From NCBI GenBank assembly GCA_016211195.1, contig JACQSS010000011.1, positions 1 through 31,552 on the forward strand: a stretch of DNA of 31,552 nucleotides, read 5' to 3'. Made by a program: the position numbers and the translations under genes. The DNA is from Candidatus Woesearchaeota archaeon (GTDB lineage Archaea > Nanobdellota > Nanobdellia > Woesearchaeales > JAGVYF01). Under the pieces are notes generated by a model. That model saw only the letters and a program-made list of their open reading frames with translations. It did no database searches and was not told where the DNA came from. This document shows positions 30,787-31,552 of the stretch, one piece after another. Numbering within the stretch: the first letter of the stretch is position 1; every line of letters begins with the position of its first letter.

Positions 30787-31031
30787 TCTTTTATGACCTT
30801 CTTTATTTTGATGAGAAACCTGTTCTGCCCAATAAAACGCCGATCATACTCTACTTCTGGCATTTGCTTTTTTTCAAATGCATCAATGAGATCTGCCTTG
30901 ACCAATGGCGATTCAACATCTGCGACATAAAATCGTTTCCGTCTGACATCCATGACAGAACCGCCAATCAGTTCAAGACCGCTGCTTTCAACTTGTTTGA
31001 AGTGCCACTCACGGACCTTGCTGCGTGTCAT
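30783..31031 (-). CDS. Small hypothetical protein (82 aa), paralog family member P3
   Basis: REWHF...GG...RFYVADVESP...LIDAFEKK...EVEY aligns with P4. Its start abuts the P4 stop. Its stop shares CTAG with the convergent P2 stop. Confidence 0.6.
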   Translation of the reverse strand: MTRSKVREWHFKQVESSGLELIGGSVMDVRRKRFYVADVESPLVKADLIDAFEKKQMPEVEYDRRFIGQNRFLIKIKKVIKD

Positions 31032-31292
31032 TCACTCACGCTCGCTGGTAATACCTGTGATTTCTATCTTCTCCCGGTTCTTGCCAAGTTTGATAACTTT
31101 GTATTCGACGACTGGTGGATTCTTCGCGTGCTTGTCGAAGACTGCCTGAATATTTGCCTGCATGTCCGGACTCATGTCTTCGATAAAGAACTGGTGGTGC
31201 TCTCGGTTGTTCAGTTGCCCGCCACGCAAGACAGGCGTGAGCGTCTTCTCATCCATGATCCAGTACCATCGCCTTAGTCTGTCTTCTGGCAT
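31032..31292 (-). CDS. Small hypothetical protein (86 aa), paralog family member P4
   Basis: RRWYW...GG...QFFIEDMSP...IQAVFDKH...VEYKVIKLGKNREKIEITG. The C-terminal motif also resembles P2 (EFKVIKWKKDVAVEITEING). TAATG overlap with the upstream ORF. Confidence 0.6.
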   Translation of the reverse strand: MPEDRLRRWYWIMDEKTLTPVLRGGQLNNREHHQFFIEDMSPDMQANIQAVFDKHAKNPPVVEYKVIKLGKNREKIEITGITSERE

Positions 31293-31552
31293 TATGTCTT
31301 TACCTTGAATGATTTTGGCAAGGGTTCCTGCTTGCTTGGCTTCCGTAGATTTGTCGCATCGTTGTGCACATCGACGTCGAAAAAGACAACGTCTCCTATC
31401 TGGAACCGTTCTGCATCGTCAGGATTAGCGAGATTGACAACCTTATAACTGCTTCCGCTTTCAGGCACTTCTAATGCAATCCGTCCCCATGCACCCACAT
31501 GCTTCAGCCGCCCCAAGCGGGCTCTGCCCCCGTCTGTCGTGAGCCGTTTCAT
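31292..31552 (-). CDS. Small hypothetical protein (86 aa as seen). Its start coincides with the window edge, so it may be 5'-incomplete.
   Basis: ORF translationally coupled to P4 (TAATG). No family recognised. Confidence 0.5.
   Translation of the reverse strand: MKRLTTDGGRARLGRLKHVGAWGRIALEVPESGSSYKVVNLANPDDAERFQIGDVVFFDVDVHNDATNLRKPSKQEPLPKSFKVKT

Overview
The window looks like a compact archaeal chromosome fragment, probably from an uncultivated, small-genome lineage. Evidence for archaeal origin: AglB/STT3, Kae1, a TrmB regulator, an archaeal-type UMP kinase, and a PGF-pre-PGF surface-protein domain. TATA-like octamers end about 23 nt before several ATGs, which suggests leaderless mRNAs, and GGTGA Shine-Dalgarno sites occur inside operons. 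Many gene junctions overlap (ATGA, TAATG, GTGA).

Content from left to right:
1. 1-5721: a two-gene cassette encoding a small secreted protein and a 1,55x-aa metzincin surface protein saturated with N-glycosylation sequons. It is bracketed by near-identical ~0.2-kb inverted copies of a MITE-like element.
2. 5.7-13.8 kb: an N-glycosylation block with a membrane protein, aglB, a GT4 glycosyltransferase, two oxidoreductases, pyrH and a pair of half-size EamA/ArnEF-like transporters. A third fragment of the repeat lies at 12371-12423.
3. 13.8-17.1 kb: an orphan solute-binding protein, a glycoside-hydrolase-like protein and a C45/NTN hydrolase.
4. 17.6-20.7 kb: tRNA-Arg(CCT), TrmB, and a minimal ATP-dependent ligase translationally coupled to a DUF932-like protein.
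5. 20.8-25.4 kb: a six-gene overlapping operon. It encodes an NPPY-methyltransferase::atypical-kinase fusion, a helical protein, a Bud23-like methyltransferase, a Cys-containing 123-aa protein, an AAA ATPase and a radical-SAM/SPASM enzyme.
6. 25.4-29.8 kb: a convergent operon with an ABC exporter that carries a degenerate GGDEF-like tail, an unknown protein, kae1 and a methyltransferase.
7. 29.9-31.5 kb: a dense cluster of 70-103-aa proteins that form paralogous pairs of an unrecognised family.

No CRISPR array, rRNA, transposase, integrase or reverse transcriptase is visible. All family assignments come from reading motifs by eye, not from database searches.
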